Source: Gekko japonicus (lineage: Eukaryota). From it: DNA of 64,000 nt. Below, piece by piece: positions 1 through 13,405 of this stretch (positions are counted from its first letter, which is position 1; each line of letters starts with the position of its first letter). The DNA lies in assembly GCF_001447785.1 (NCBI RefSeq), contig NW_015163605.1, positions 274,787 through 338,786 on the forward strand. The letters are read 5' to 3'. The notes beneath the pieces are model-generated. The model searched no databases and was not told where the DNA came from. It worked only from the letters and a program-made list of their open reading frames with translations. Position numbers and translations under genes: made by a program.

Positions 1-270
1 AAAACTAAAGGGTTTTCCCAACAGGCCAAACAATGCCTCTCCTGAACCATTACAGGTCAGGAAAACAGCACGGAGGGGAAGGCTGAAGCCCTTTTCTACA
101 TGTGCCACAGTCACAGTCAGAACTGGGCACTGCACGCAGGGGAACTGAAGCGTTCATGTTTGCAAAAGCAGAGAGTACATTATTGCTTAGTGTTCCTACC
201 AAGTCTCTTTCAACTGCTAGCAAAGCCAGAGTTGTCAGTTAGGCCTGAGACATTGTTGAAAAGACTGAAC

Positions 271-680
271 ACTGGTTCAGAATCTTTAAATTTGGGGAGA
301 TGTGTTGAAAAGAAGCTGAAAGTTGGATTTTAATTATTTTGTCAGTGGCAAATTTTACAGCCCCAGTTCCTCTTCCTGGGGGTACACCTGTACCCCCATA
401 TTTAGAAGAAGAGAGAAGAGATTGGATTTATACCCCACCCTTCACTACCCAAGGGAGTCTCAGAGCAGTTTACAAACTGGTTCAGAATCTTTAAATTTGG
501 GGAGATCTATTGAAAAGAAGATGAAAGTTGGATTTTAATTATTTTTTCAGTGACAAATTTTACAGCCCTAGTTCCTCTTCCTGGGGGTACACCTGCACCC
601 GCATATTTAGAAGAAGAGAGAAGAAATTGGATTTATACCCCGCCCTTCACTACCTAAGGGAGCCTCAGAGCAGCTTACAA
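271..680 (+). repeat. Diverged tandem duplication, ~205-bp unit, each unit ending in a SINE 3' end
   Basis: actggttcagaatctttaaatttggggaga starts at 271 and 476. Confidence 0.95.
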
Positions 681-3594
681 ACTCCTTATTCCCTCCCCAG
701 GGAGATTTGTTTGTCCCCTTTGATCACTGTCTTCTGCCAAACAGTAGAAGACAGTGTTTTGTTTGCTGTTCCCTCAGTCACCCTTCCTTCCTGTTTATGT
801 GCATGTGTTTATATTCTCTTAAAGTGTTTGTGTTGTTTATATTTTATAAATTATAAATAATTTATTATTATAAATAATGTATAAGAGAAAATGAGAGAGA
901 GGCAGAGATGGATTTGTGGCACTCCCCGACCACCTTTTCACTCAGCAGTTGCAGTATTTTATCTCTGCCCATGGCATTTCCCACCACCAAACAGGTTGGA
1001 ATAAACTGGTATATGGAAAAACAGACGGTGCCTTGGTATTTTGATGGTGCGGTTTGGAAACCAAATGAAACTCAGGTCCTACTGAGTTTCATGACAAAGT
1101 TTCAGACTCGGATCTCCCTGGTCCTAGTCCTATCATTCTAACCACTATACAATATTGTGTTCTTGGGAAGGAGGAGGTTATGGCAGTCCGCCTATTGCTA
1201 GTGTAGGGGAGCGATCAGCCAGCTGGGCTTGTTGTCTTTTCTTTGCTGTCTTGTGAAAATGGGGTTTGTAAGTATAGCAATGGCTTCCTGCTTCCTAAGA
1301 ATGTGGTAATAGCAAAAACAACTGCTGCATTTAACAGCCTATTGGTCAAAAATACTACACCTGTATCTTTCAAGTGACAGCTTAGCTTTAACGAATCTCT
1401 ATTTGTGTGTGCACCTTTCCTGTAATCTTTACAAACAGTATTTCACCAAAGCAGGTTTACTCAAATAATCTCTTTTGTGGTTTTTCTTTTTGCAGTTGGC
1501 GAGGAATTAGCCAAGAAAGTACTGTGCCAGTCGACACGTTTTCAAATTCTGTTTATGCATTCTTGAGCTTTCCTTTAGCACGAGTGAAAATATCACATAT
1601 CAGAAGCGGCCATCAGTTGTGGAGGAGTTCCCTTCTTCTGCTTTCCCAGGTGTCATGAGGTATAATATTAGCCCTCACAGCTTCTGCAAGCCTGTGTGGT
1701 GCCCACTGATGTAGATTTCCAGGAGTCCTGCTGTGTGAAGACCTACTTTCTGCGGCAAACTCATCAGGTGAGCAATGGCCTGTTACAGCTGGGGATAATA
1801 AATGGGAGGCAGACAGAGAACCAGGCTGCACATTAGGGGAAGAAGAGAGAGTTCAGGAGAAATTATATGATCAATAAACACCATCAACTGTTTGAGTAGT
1901 CCATCAAGGTCACAGACACTCAAGTTTCTCTGTTACGGCAATGTGGACAAGAATAAGGAATTGCTCCTCAGAATCAAGCAGCCGCTGCTGTGCTTTCCGC
2001 TTAGCAGCCTGTTCTTTTCTGCTTGAACAATAAACATGGATGAACTATTTGTGAAGAAAAAAGAATTCCAGGAGGAAGAGAGCAAAGTGTCACCCTATAT
2101 ATCTATAACTATCTATATGCTGCTGCTACTTTGTGTGCTTTATAAAACTCCAACCATGTGCTAGGCCCTGTACAGCAGTCTGCAGTGATGTTCCAGAGAA
2201 CCTAAATGGTATAGAAAGGCCACAGGCACTGAGTAGGAAGACAGGATTTGGCAAAGGAGGAACACTTGTTCCATTTGTATGATATGGGGTGAGGAGTCTC
2301 ACTATGTTTTCAACTTTCTGTTGGAGACTTATAATGTTTTTTGGTGTGTGTTCTTGCAGCTTTTTCTGTTTTGCTAGCCACCTTGAGTTTCAGAAAACAA
2401 AGTGGGGTATAAATCTTTTAAATAAATGAACAAAGAGAAGGATTCAGTTGCCACTTTCAACTAAAAGATGCCCATTCCAAAGCTACAAATTTCCCAACAG
2501 AACTGTAAAATAATCAACTTTTGTTCCATCCATCCACCTGTCTTGTATCGTATTAAATGACAGGACCTCACACCCGGTAGCACAACGTTCACTGAAACAA
2601 ACATTGTTAGGTCTGAAGTTTGGGAGACTGGATTTTATATTTAAATATTTCAGTCAGAGAAAAGACACTTCAGTTCTATCGATAACACCATTATTCAAGC
2701 CCAGCAACATCAAATAAACCTTATTTTAAGGTTTAACCTAATGTTAAATTTCCTCTAATGATTCTATTTAATTTGGTATCAGGAGACAGCTCAATCATTC
2801 CCTAGTGGAACAAAATATAGACAGTGTGTGGGAAAGGAAGGAGAGGATTCACTGCACCAGTAAATATACCTCATATCATTTCTGACTTGACTTATGATTT
2901 ATGTGTATAGCAATAATCAGACCTTGAGCCTGGGGATGCCAGCACTAATGGACTCTACCCCATGTCCTCCCTGCTTAACTCTGAAAAGCAGAAAGCCACC
3001 TGTAGCATTTTCTGACCAATTAATTGGTGTTAATGGGATGCAAAATTGTAGTCCCCCTTCCCTTTCCTGTGTAGCTGCTTAGCAGAACTAAAAATGGGAG
3101 AATTATCAGGGTTGCCAGGTCTCCCTGTTCCTCCGGTGGGGGGATTTGGGGGGCGTTCCAGGGGAAGGTGTGGATGTTGCGCAGGGATGCTCTGGTATTT
3201 GGGCGAAACTCTATGGCTTTTTTGCCCTCAAAACCATAGAGTTTGCCCAAATTCTAGAGCATCCCCCACGGCACACCCAACATGATGACATCATTTCCAG
3301 GTGACATCATTGTGTCACGGATGTCACACAGCGATTTCCCTGTTTAGGGGAGAGGTTTCCCCTGCCTGCCAGCCAGTCCATGGAGGAGGGAAGCCCCTGA
3401 AACCAGGGGATCCTCTGCCCGGACCTGGGGGCTGGCAACCCTAGGAATTTCCCTTATGCTACAGAAGTTATATTTGGTTCCCCTTGGATCTCTGGAAGTA
3501 GCGGCGTGTCTTCTTTTCCCATATACAGTGCAATTTCATTTACACTGCAATCCTAAACATAGTTAAACCCTTCCGAGCCCTCTGACTTCAATGG

Positions 3595-3815
3595 ACATGT
3601 GGAGGAAAGTGCTGTCAAACTGCAGTTGACTTATTGCAAACCCCATGGGATTCTCAAAGCAGGAGACTAACAGAGGTGGTTTGTTGTTGCTTGCCTCTGC
3701 ATAGAAACCATGGACTTCCTTGGTGGTCTCCCATCCAAGTACTGACCAGGGCTGATCCTGCTTAGCTTCTGACATCTGATGAGATCAGGTTAGCCTGGGC
3801 CATCCAGGACAGGGC
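3595..3815 (-). mobile_element. 5S-rRNA-derived SINE, full length (other copies ~14990-15193 +, 29506-29650 -, 55997-56150 +, fragment ~23350-23415 -)
   Basis: Same head and tail as the 37576 copy; 7-bp TSD tcaatgg; inserted in the centre of a palindromic MITE (3545-3856). Confidence 0.85.
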
Positions 3816-6800
3816 TCAATGGGCTTAGAAGGGTGTAACTCTGCTCAAGATTGCTCAGGGACAACCAAAACATGTTGGTTCAGGGATGCACAAAAAACTT
3901 TAAGGATCTCATGTATACCCAAGTTAGGCTCCCTTGGTACCTTGCTATAACTAGACCCCAACTCATGTAGAAGAAAGTCAGAAAAGGCTGCTAATAAATC
4001 ATAGAACTACTACTTATGGCTTTACTTATTGTGACAAGGCAAACTGATCTCCAGAAATCTTCTGAGATGTTTTCCTGCCAAAGGATTGATACACACATCA
4101 TTTATGTCAGGGTTTGTTGTTTTGTTGTTGTTGGGTTTTTTGGGTTTGTGGAGAGTTTTTTGTTTTTTGTTTTTGAGAGAGAGAGAGAGGTGCCAGAACT
4201 CTCAGGAGGGGAATGAAGTTTTCAATCTGTATGCTGAAAATTTAGGAACTTTTAAACATTTTTCAAAGAATTTTGTCAAAGAGGTTCTGGAACTCTGTTC
4301 TGGCATGTTCCCCCAGAAAACCCCCCCTGATTTATGTCTAAAACACCTAAACACCACTTTTCTACCCAACAGACAGTTCACAAGAAAACCTAACAAAATC
4401 ACATGAATTATAAATCACAGTCACCGCAACATTTAAGAGCAGCAGCAACACAAGGCTTGGCCCATTAATCTCAAATGACAAACATGGCACTAGTGGAACA
4501 TCTCTTGGTGTTCTACAGGCTGTACGCAAGTACAGGAGAAGCTGTCACATGACCTCTACGGGCTGAACATGTGACTTGATTCCTTTGAGAGTTAGAATGT
4601 TTAAGGTGGTCTGAAGGTTCATTGTGATATTTGATCTGTGACGATTCATTCAGACGTACTAATCCCGGTGGTGAAGATGCCTGTGTGAAGATCTTTAGAA
4701 GCAGTTATGCTACTCAGAAGTAAGGAAAACAGAAGTCCAGAGGGCAGCTACAGAAGCTATCTGCAGCTCACAGACCCCATTACATACAAAAAGCAGAAGC
4801 CTATTATAGTAAGATCAAAGAAAGCAGATGTATAAGTGGTTTGGCCTTCTGCTTTACCACTTTAAAAAACAGCTTTCTATTTCAGAGACGAGCTAAGGCA
4901 CTTACAATTCTACTCATGCTTCAAAACACAAGGCCGCTACCTTGATTTCCACCCCATATGAGGAATACAGATGTTAGATAGTCTGGCGTTTTCTGCTTGC
5001 TTAGATGCCATGTAGTTCCTCTTTCTTGCTCTTTTAGAGTCCCCCCACCAAAAAAATTGACATAGCTGTTACATCCATTCCTTCCACAGGGAATTCTGTG
5101 TCACTAATTTCAACATGTAACCAAAATCTTTTTAAACATTCATACAGTACTGATTTTGTGTTGAGTGTTTAATTCAAAACCCACCAGGAAAGAGAATTCG
5201 GTCCCCAAGAAAAAGAGAAAATGCAGCTACATTGAGGGTAAGCTGTAAGCCAGAGGCAAACATACTGTAGTGGATCTTTTAGTTGAAACAGCAGCCCTAT
5301 TGGTCATGCACTTACAACTCTTCAGGATCAAGATTTCTATTACACAGCCTTTTTGGTCTGAACTTCTGTCAGATGACACCCCTCTCTGCACAGAGCCTGT
5401 CTACTACATGAAAAGGCAAACAAATTCTTGATTTTAGGATTTCAGGCATTACAGTGGCAGAATGTTGAAAAATCAACATGCTGTAACTACCACAGCTGCT
5501 CTTGCAAAGACATATTATAAGCTTTCAAACCATGTCTGCCTTGCTTTAGGTTAATGGTTAAAAGCAAGCTCTGGCTGAGAGACTGTAGACATCCCCCACA
5601 AGTCCTACAGCACTGCATTTATTTCTTCATAAGGATGAAGGTGCCGGCATTTGCAGAACCAAGCTTTTCAGTATCTGACACCCACCTGGTGAGAAGGAAA
5701 TTCTTGTTCTGTCGGTGGCTGATTTATTAAGATCAACTCATTGGTCCCCATTAGTGAAAGAAAGAGTATCTAGTATTCTGAACTCTTTTGAGGTTAGGAA
5801 TCTTCTTCCCTTATAGCAAAACTTGAAAGGTTCTGATTGTCTCTCAAAGTTATTAGTCCAACTTTTAAAGTTGTTGGAACCTGCCTTTGTGGCACAGTCA
5901 CATAAAATTAAATATTACAAAAAGAAAAACTATTGGTTCCATAAGGAATGTAGTCAATTAAACAGGGTACAACAAAAAATTCGAAAGGTTGATAGGAAGA
6001 ATCATGAACCAAGGTTTCTCATAATTCTAGTTCAACTTAAATCTAAATATAGGGCTGTAATTTGAAATAAAAAGCGTGACGCTGTAAGGAAAACTCAGAA
6101 TTCTTACTATGGCTGTTGAAAGTGACAATTCTAAGGAGTTTTGGCAGTTGGTCTTACTATCATCTAATTCCAGGGAAGTATTACTTTTTTGTATCTCTGC
6201 TCAAGTTTGGGGGCAACGTTTTACTAGATTTTTTGCCTCATCAACTCCAAATGAGGTGCCTTTTGCTCTTTCATCATAATTTTGCTCTTTGGCCACCAGT
6301 TTAAAGAGAAGAAGTTGAGAGCTTAATTAGAATTAGATATCTTACACCCAAAGTAGGTTATATTATACATGGGGGTATGGTACAGTGCCCCTGCTATGGA
6401 AGCAGCAGAAGGTGAGATGGAGGTGGGAAGAGATAGCGCCCACAGGCTGGTCATTGCTGTCCGTCCCCCTGTGTGATGGGCCATGTCAGTGCAGAAGTGC
6501 TGAGGCAAGAAACTGTATGCCCCCTCACACTGGGCAGACTCCCTTCCCACTTCACAGCTGAGTGACAATTAAAGTGACACCAAGGACCAGCTGTGAACTA
6601 AAAATAAAACTCCCACAAAACTAAAAATGAAACTCCCATTAAAGGGATGAAAGGGGAAGGAAGAAAACTGTGCTTAGCTGTGCCATTTTGAAGGTAGTGC
6701 TTCATGCCACCCACCTGCCTAGAGTAGAGGTTTGACATTGAAGCTCCACCTGCCTCATGTTATTTCTCCTTAAATCCAGAGCAAAAGATGGAAAGCCCCA

Positions 6801-6917
6801 GCAGCCCCACAAAACATGCTCTGAATGAACACAGTGTTATGAGGTGGCTCCCCCCATCCTGCTGGCCACATAGGTCAAAATCTCCATGTGGAAGGCCCCT
6901 ATGCCAGTACTCTACGG

Positions 6918-7239
6918 CAGGGGTCCCTAACTGTTTCTTAAGCCTGCGGGCACCTCTGGAATTCTGACACAAGCATGTCACAAAATGGCTGCCACAAAAT
7001 GGCTGCTGCAGGAGGAGGAGGAGCCAGGAACAAAATGGCTGCCTCAGCTTACCTTCAGTCACACAGGGAAGATCCTTGTGCTGTGCTGGCAGCTGCTACC
7101 CAAGCAACGTTTTTAAAAATCTGAACAGCCAATCAACTCTCCAGCAGTCAATCTAGAAGCCCTGCTGGGCCTGCTCACACTCACCTGGCCCTGATCACAC
7201 TACTAGAAGAGGTGTCACTGGGCACCATGGAGACCCATG
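6918..7239. mobile_element. hAT (Charlie-like) MITE
   Basis: Left TIR caggggtccc; TSD ctctacgg/ctctatgg. Confidence 0.85.
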
Positions 7240-9532
7240 CTCTATGGTTTTTATCAGCAAAGAGTCGGAATCCTGGGACCCTTCTGAGAATCCTCAAATA
7301 ACCAAGCAATCTGCTAAGCAAAAAAAATGCAGCCATATCCTTACCACACAAGTGCAGATTCTAACAACACTTCTTAGGTTCAACTGTATTGGATTCATAG
7401 GGGTGTTTTTTAATGTTTACATTGATGTTTCAATGGAAGTTAAACAGCATTCATAACAGCTAAATCCACTAAATACAGATTAAAAATAAAAAATGCAATT
7501 GGTATTGTCATTCTTGAACTGATTTTTTTTAATTGTTCAAATAATATTTTTCTAGTAGCATAGTATGGATGTGTACGTCTTACTGCATACATCATTAGAT
7601 GCTGGCTGCCTTGTTTGCTACACTGAAGAAAATAAGCTAATTTAACATTTATCACAACGTGTGGGGTGGTTTTTTTAACAAAAAAACCCTCTTCCCGATC
7701 GTAACAAGAGTCTGCCAGTTTTCCCTCTTGCAGCTTTATTCTGTTTTTTAAAAACTACAGACATTCTTTCATCATTTGACAGTTAAAATGTTGCAGTTAA
7801 TGTAATAAATAGAGAATTTTTTAAGTTGCCTGTCAAAACAAGTGACACATTTTGCAAGTGAGTTTCAGATTCGAAACAATAGAAAGCACCTTTTAAAGCA
7901 ACAGCTTCATTATACAATCAAATGCTCAAAGTAATCTTTTCAGTGATTTTTTTTGGGGGGGGGGAGAGTGGAAATTGCATTATTTCTTTCACAGTAATTA
8001 TGTGAGTTTTGCATCCTTTGGGAGAGTCACAACTCAAAGGCAGCAGCTGTGCCGATTTGCAAATTGGGTGTCGTTTTTCAAGTCAAGCTTCCAGCCAGTG
8101 CCCTAAACCTCTTGTACATTTTAATAATAATCTAGTCAAAATGAGCCTGGGCCTCACAAACAGCAGATGGAGTGGTAAGGCAATCCTGTGTCTGAGCTGC
8201 ACTACTTTGGACTTAAAGGACTGGGATGCCAGCCCCTGGATGGGACCTGGAGATCCCCCGGAATTGCAGCTCATCTCCAGAAGACAGAGATCGGCTCCAC
8301 TGGAGAAAATGGATGCTTTGAGCCAGGGCACTGTACCCCACTGAGGTCCCTGTCCTTCCCAGGATCCATCCCCAGTTTCCACAAATTTCATAACCTGGGT
8401 CTGGCAACTCTACCCCCCTCATCACCCACCGTAGTCAGGGGGGACCTGGCAACTCTAGTAAAGAGCAGGGACTAATTTGAAGAACCCCTGCCCCAATTCC
8501 TACAGGTAGAGTACTAGTACTTCAGAGAGAAGGCCTTTCCCCCAACATTTGTTTTCTTATGTTCTTTCTAGAAGATATTCTGGTTTCTCTTCAGATCGCA
8601 TAAATCTTTCGCCTTTCTTTCTAGAAGAGCTCTCTGAAGTGATACAGTCGAGGCAAAGGTATACCACCTCATCCGCCATTTTCAAGCGCTTGGCCATAAT
8701 AAAGATACCCCATATCCAGTAATGGTTCAGAACTCTTGACATGTTCAAAAGGCCCACTTGCAACCTTTTTTACATTAAGATACACAGGCCCTGTGGGTGG
8801 TGTCAATCAAAGCCCACTGAGGTGATAGTGGAGGCAGCTTTGCAGCCATTTTTCTCAGAAAAGAGACCGCAACTATTGGCAGCCTACAGTTGCTTGACGT
8901 TACTTCAAGTTCTTGGTACCAAAATAATATAGGGCTATTAGACAGTGACACAGTTTTGAGGAGATGCCATGCTTCCCTTTCAGCATGGTGTTGCTTGCTC
9001 ATCTGTAACTTTTTATACTGTTTCTTAAATTGAAAATAAAACGTGGAGATTATTCTTCTCATGGAAGCAGAACATTCCCTGCACTGTTTTCCTTGCTATC
9101 AGAACATTCTCGATCAAAATTTGCTTTAATGATGGTATTGGATGACTGAAAGTGGTTATTTGGCCATATTATAAAGCTGTGTGAGTTGTTGTTAACTGCT
9201 GCTGAGAGAACGAGAGAAATGGAGGAAGGAAGTGAACCACTAAACATTTTCTGCCTGTCCACTCACAATTGCTACTCAACAACTGTCCCAACCATAGTAA
9301 GGGATGAATGTTGCATGGTGGCCAAGGAGATTTTGAAGGTAAAGTCAAATATGCATCCCAATGACAGCCTATTGATCCCCCATAGCTACACAATTTCTTG
9401 TCCAATCCTACTCCAGTCTAAACTGCAACGGAGTAAGTAACTCTGCATAAGACTGTACTATTAATTTCAGGAGGCATTTTTCAGACAGCACACCTATGAG
9501 TCTCAAAAGCAGCACCCTAGAAATCAGCTTAC

Positions 9533-9716
9533 GGTTTTCTAAGGATCATCCTCATATGGGCATCTGGTCCAATCTGAGAGAGCAGAAGCATAGTGTCTTG
9601 TAGCTCTTCCTCACATTCCTTCTTCTCCTCTTCAGTTGGCATGGAGGCATCCTCGTGTTCATCATCCAAAAATCGATAAAATAAGTATTTGTCCTGGAAG
9701 TGTTGTTCTTGATCCA
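9533..9716 (-). CDS. RAPGEF4: RAPGEF4 coding exon (exon 10), [61 protein letters not shown](P)
   Basis: 184 nt; ttctag|TG acceptor, CC|gtaagc donor; near-identical to recalled human Epac2. Confidence 0.98.
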
Positions 9717-10808
9717 CTAGAAGTACCAATATAAAGTTTATTTGAAATTAACTAATTAACATGGGAAGGGCTCAAAGCTGAAACTGCATAAAATCAAATA
9801 GACAAAGAAAACAATCCTACTGGGCGGAAAACAGCTGTCAAAGGAATATTGAATGAGACAACAGCACAACACAGTCGATGGCATGGCCATGACATGTTGA
9901 GGATTAGCCCTGGAGTGCCATTAAGCATAACCAGTTCTTGATTTTGGATTAACTACAGCCTCTTCTGCATGGACTTTATAATATGCCTTCTCTTATGTGG
10001 GGATTTCAGTGTCTAATACAATGGCTCTATGTGTAATTTTGATTAATAGTTTTATGTTTTATCTTACTTGATCGTTTTAGCAAACGTCGGTAGCTTTAAA
10101 AGTTTTAATATGACTTGATTCTGGGGGGTTTTTTGCGGGTGGGGGAAGATAAGAATATAATAATAACAGCTGAAGTGTTTATATCATCACCTCTACTCCT
10201 GTTTTCCTTTGATTGTCTTTCCAAATGTTAGAAAACAAGAAGAGGCATTGCTAGGTGAAGTACCCATTTTATGTTATGGCTTACATCACACAGGCTGGAA
10301 TGCGTTTGCCTTTGATTAGGCCGCTATGACAGTACTTTTTGTTCATCATGTATCTTTTGTGTAGGATGAAGGTATAGCGCTTCAAGAGAACGGTCGCAAG
10401 GGGAAGTTCTCTCCCACCCCAACAGCATCTCAGATGCCACACCAAATTTATTCTGGAGTTCCTTTTCCCTCTGTGGCAAATCAACACTCCCTAAGAGTTG
10501 ACATGGTTCGGAAGAAAGTAGTGAAGTGGGAATAACATTATTGTGTCAAATTGATGGAGGGGCATGAAGTTTCCAAAGCATTGTGCTCCTCCTTTAGAAA
10601 AAAAACTAGCAACGATGTGTTTGACCATGGTTAGATAGGGATATTTAACTGAGAATGCAACTCTGATTTTATCAACAGTGGGTCAACAGTGGGAGGGTCA
10701 ACAGTGGGGGGGGTCAACAGTGGGGGGTCAACAGTGGGAGGGCTTCTAATGTCCTGGCCCCACTGGTGGACCTCCTGATGGCACCAGGTATTTCTGGCCA
10801 CTGTGTGA

Positions 10809-12755
10809 CACCGGCGTAATCTTCATGGGGGCTCCGGGGCTTCAGCCCCCACCGAAATTACCCAGAAGCCCCGCCCACCCCTCACCCTCTCAGACCTTAT
10901 TATTCCCCCCTCGTAGATTTCATTCTAAACGCCGCCTCAGGGAATTGCTGTGCTGTCCCATAGGACAAAAGGAGCAGCCGCGGGAGATCCGCTCTGGCCG
11001 AGCCTGGCGGCAAAGGAGACCCCCCATCCCAAAGAGGCGGCTGCCGTTTCTCTCCCGGGCAAGAGAGAAAGAGAAGGAAAAGGGGAGGGGAAGAAGATGG
11101 AAGTGGCCAGACAGAGCAGCAAGCTGGTCGGGTGGGGGGTGAATGTCCTTTAATATATTCCAAGCCGAAGGATTTCGCCAGAGGAACAGCCCGCCCACGT
11201 TTGTTTTTTTTAAAGTGCAGCAGCAGAGCCCTGGGAGCCCAACAAATTCCTGCACCTAACCAGAGAATGGGGAACTTTGGCATCCTCGCCAACGCTGGCC
11301 CCAGAGACCTGAAGACTGCAAGCGCCGGGGGGGGGGCTCCGCTTGCAGGCAACCCCTCACAGGTGCCGCGCCGCCGTGCTCGGCAGCAGGACAACCACCT
11401 GAACAACGTGAAAGCCTCCTTGCCTAGGAACTGTATTCCCTTCTCTCCCCACCTTCCTCCTCTGCTCTGGCGCAAGGGCCTGAGACTGAGCGGGAACGGC
11501 CACGGCTGTTTCCCGTGACACCGAGCCGGGCCCAGCTGCTTGCAGCGGACTGGATCTGTGAAGAAAGGATCTGGCCTGTCCAAGTGCCAAGCCCCCCCTT
11601 CACCGCTTCTGCACCCCCTCCAGAGAAGAGCGATGCGATGCGATGCAAGCCGGCAAGCACAGACTCCCCCCTCCCCCCTCCCCGGCAGGCACCCAGGCCG
11701 CGGGCCGCGTCCAACTTCCCTCTCGATTCATTCCAGGCAAGGCTTACTATGCAAAGCAAGCCGGAGCCTTCCTCCTCCCATTTGCAACTGTTTATGCCTT
11801 GCTGCATTTTTTGCCGGCCCGGATTGGTCTCATATGCGAAGAGTAAGGGAAGAAGAAGGGGCAGGAAGTCTCCCCTTTGTCCCGCTCTGAAAGGGTCCGC
11901 TTTAGAGCATTGTGGGTTCTTCCCTGCTGCTCCACAAACCTTTGTCCCTTATCAACTAGCTGCAAAGTGGCATCTATTCAAAGTGAAAACATCGACTGAA
12001 TGGGCATCTTTCCCAGCTTCAAGGAAGGCACCAAAACATCTTNNNNNNNNNNNNNNNNNNNNNNNNNNNNNNNNNNNNNNNNNNNNNNNNNNNNNNNNNN
12101 NNNNNNNNNNNNNNNNNNNNNNNNNNNNNNNNNNNNNNNNNNNNNNNNNNNNNNNNNNNNNNNNNNNNNNNNNNNNNNNNNNNNNNNNNNNNNNNNNNNN
12201 NNNNNNNNNNNNNNNNNNNNNNNNNNNNNNNNNNNNNNNNNNNNNNNNNNNNNNNNNNNNNNNNNNNNNNNNNNNNNNNNNNNNNNNNNNNNNNNNNNNN
12301 NNNNNNNNNNNNNNNNNNNNNNNNNNNNNNNNNNNNNNNNNNNNNNNNNNNNNNNNNNNNNNNNNNNNNNNNNNNNNNNNNNNNNNNNNNNNNNNNNNNN
12401 NNNNNNNNNNNNNNNNNNNNNNNNNNNNNNNNNNNNNNNNNNNNNNNNNNNNNNNNNNNNNNNNNNNNNNNNNNNNNNNNNNNNNNNNNNNNNNNNNNNN
12501 NNNNNNNNNNNNNNNNNNNNNNNNNNNNNNNNNNNNNNNNNNNNNNNNNNNNNNNNNNNNNNNNNNNNNNNNNNNNNNNNNNNNNNNNNNNNNNNNNNNN
12601 NNNNNNNNNNNNNNNNNNNNNNNNNNNNNNNNNNNNNNNNNNNNNNNNNNNNNNNNNNNNGAGCCCAGCTCGCCCAGGCTTCTTGCCTCCTGCTGCCTTG
12701 GCAATGCCTCTGGCCCAGCCCCAGCCCCCGGGAAATTGGAAAGTCTACGCCCTTG
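10809..12755. mobile_element. ~1.95-kb non-autonomous hAT-like element, GC/CpG-rich, inserted in a CR1 3'UTR and spanning the N gap
   Basis: 8-bp TSD ctgtgtga (10801-10808 and 12756-12763); imperfect TIRs caccggcgtaatcttc / gaaagtctacgcccttg; subterminal cagcccc motifs at both ends. Confidence 0.75.
12043..12660. other. Assembly gap (618 N)
   Basis: Run of n characters. Confidence 1.
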
Positions 12756-12812
12756 CTGTGTGACACAGAGTTTTGGACTGGATGGGCCTTTGGCCTGATC
12801 CAACATTGGCAT

Positions 12813-12974
12813 CTCTTATGTTCTTATGTTCTTATGATTTATTCCCTGACATATTTCTTACACAGTTCAGACACACTTCTCTCAGCAAACATTTCTTATG
12901 TTCTTATGTTCTTATGATTTATTCCCTGACATATTTCTTACACAGTTCAGACACACTTCTCTCAGCAAACATTT
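12813..12974 (+). repeat. ~80-bp tandem duplication at a CR1 tail
   Basis: cttatgttcttatgttcttatgatttattccctgac...ctcagcaaacattt occurs twice. Confidence 0.95.
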
Positions 12975-13055
12975 GAAAATTTATGTTACATGGGACTCAT
13001 TGAAGTTTCTACGAAAGCCATCGAGATTGCTGTACCTCAGCATCTTACTCTAATC

Positions 13056-13405
13056 CAGGGGTCCCCAAACTTTTTGAACCTGTCGGCATGTTTGGAATTT
13101 TGACAAAATATGGTGGGCACAGCCACACAATGGCTGCCACAAAATGGCTGCTGCAGGAGGAGGAACCAGCCACAAAATGGCTGCTGGAACGTACCTTCAG
13201 TCACACAGTGAAGATTATTGTGCTGTGGAGGCATCATCTGCCAAACCAACATTTTAAAAGAAACCGCAGAGCCAATCAGAAGCCTTACTGGAGTAAAGCC
13301 CCACCTGGCCCCGCCTACTTTATACAAACACTTGGCAGGTGCCAGGAAAGGTGTCAGCAGGTGCCATAGTGACCATGGGCAACACGTTGGGGTTGGGGAC
13401 CCTTG
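13056..13405. mobile_element. hAT (Charlie-like) MITE, same family as 6918
   Basis: TIRs caggggtccccaa / ttggggacccttg; perfect TSD ctctaatc. Confidence 0.92.

Larger units (their letters stand above)
10672..12835 (+). mobile_element. CR1 LINE 3' end split by the hAT insertion (10672-10808 and 12756-12835)
   Basis: caacagtgggagggcttc...ggccactgtgtga|cacagag...(ttcttatg)n; matches the 3'UTR of the CR1 at 63258-63921. Confidence 0.85.

Noticed and set aside
1-9500. RAPGEF4 exon 11 (PGQRTVDDLEIIY...)
   Set aside because: Not found by eye; probably lies beyond the left edge, as exons 1-4 probably lie beyond the right edge.
9746-9760. HNF1-like site (gttaattagttaa) as the Epac2C liver promoter
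   Set aside because: Three mismatches to the consensus, and it overlaps the expected AT-rich branch-point region; not supportable from sequence alone.
10672-10741. CRISPR-like short repeat array
   Set aside because: No unique spacers and a vertebrate context; it is a tandem reiteration of the CR1 3'UTR start.
11515-12917. Long ORFs of 262-427 aa
   Set aside because: They run through the N gap; the non-N parts are GC-rich transposon interior with no recognisable domain.
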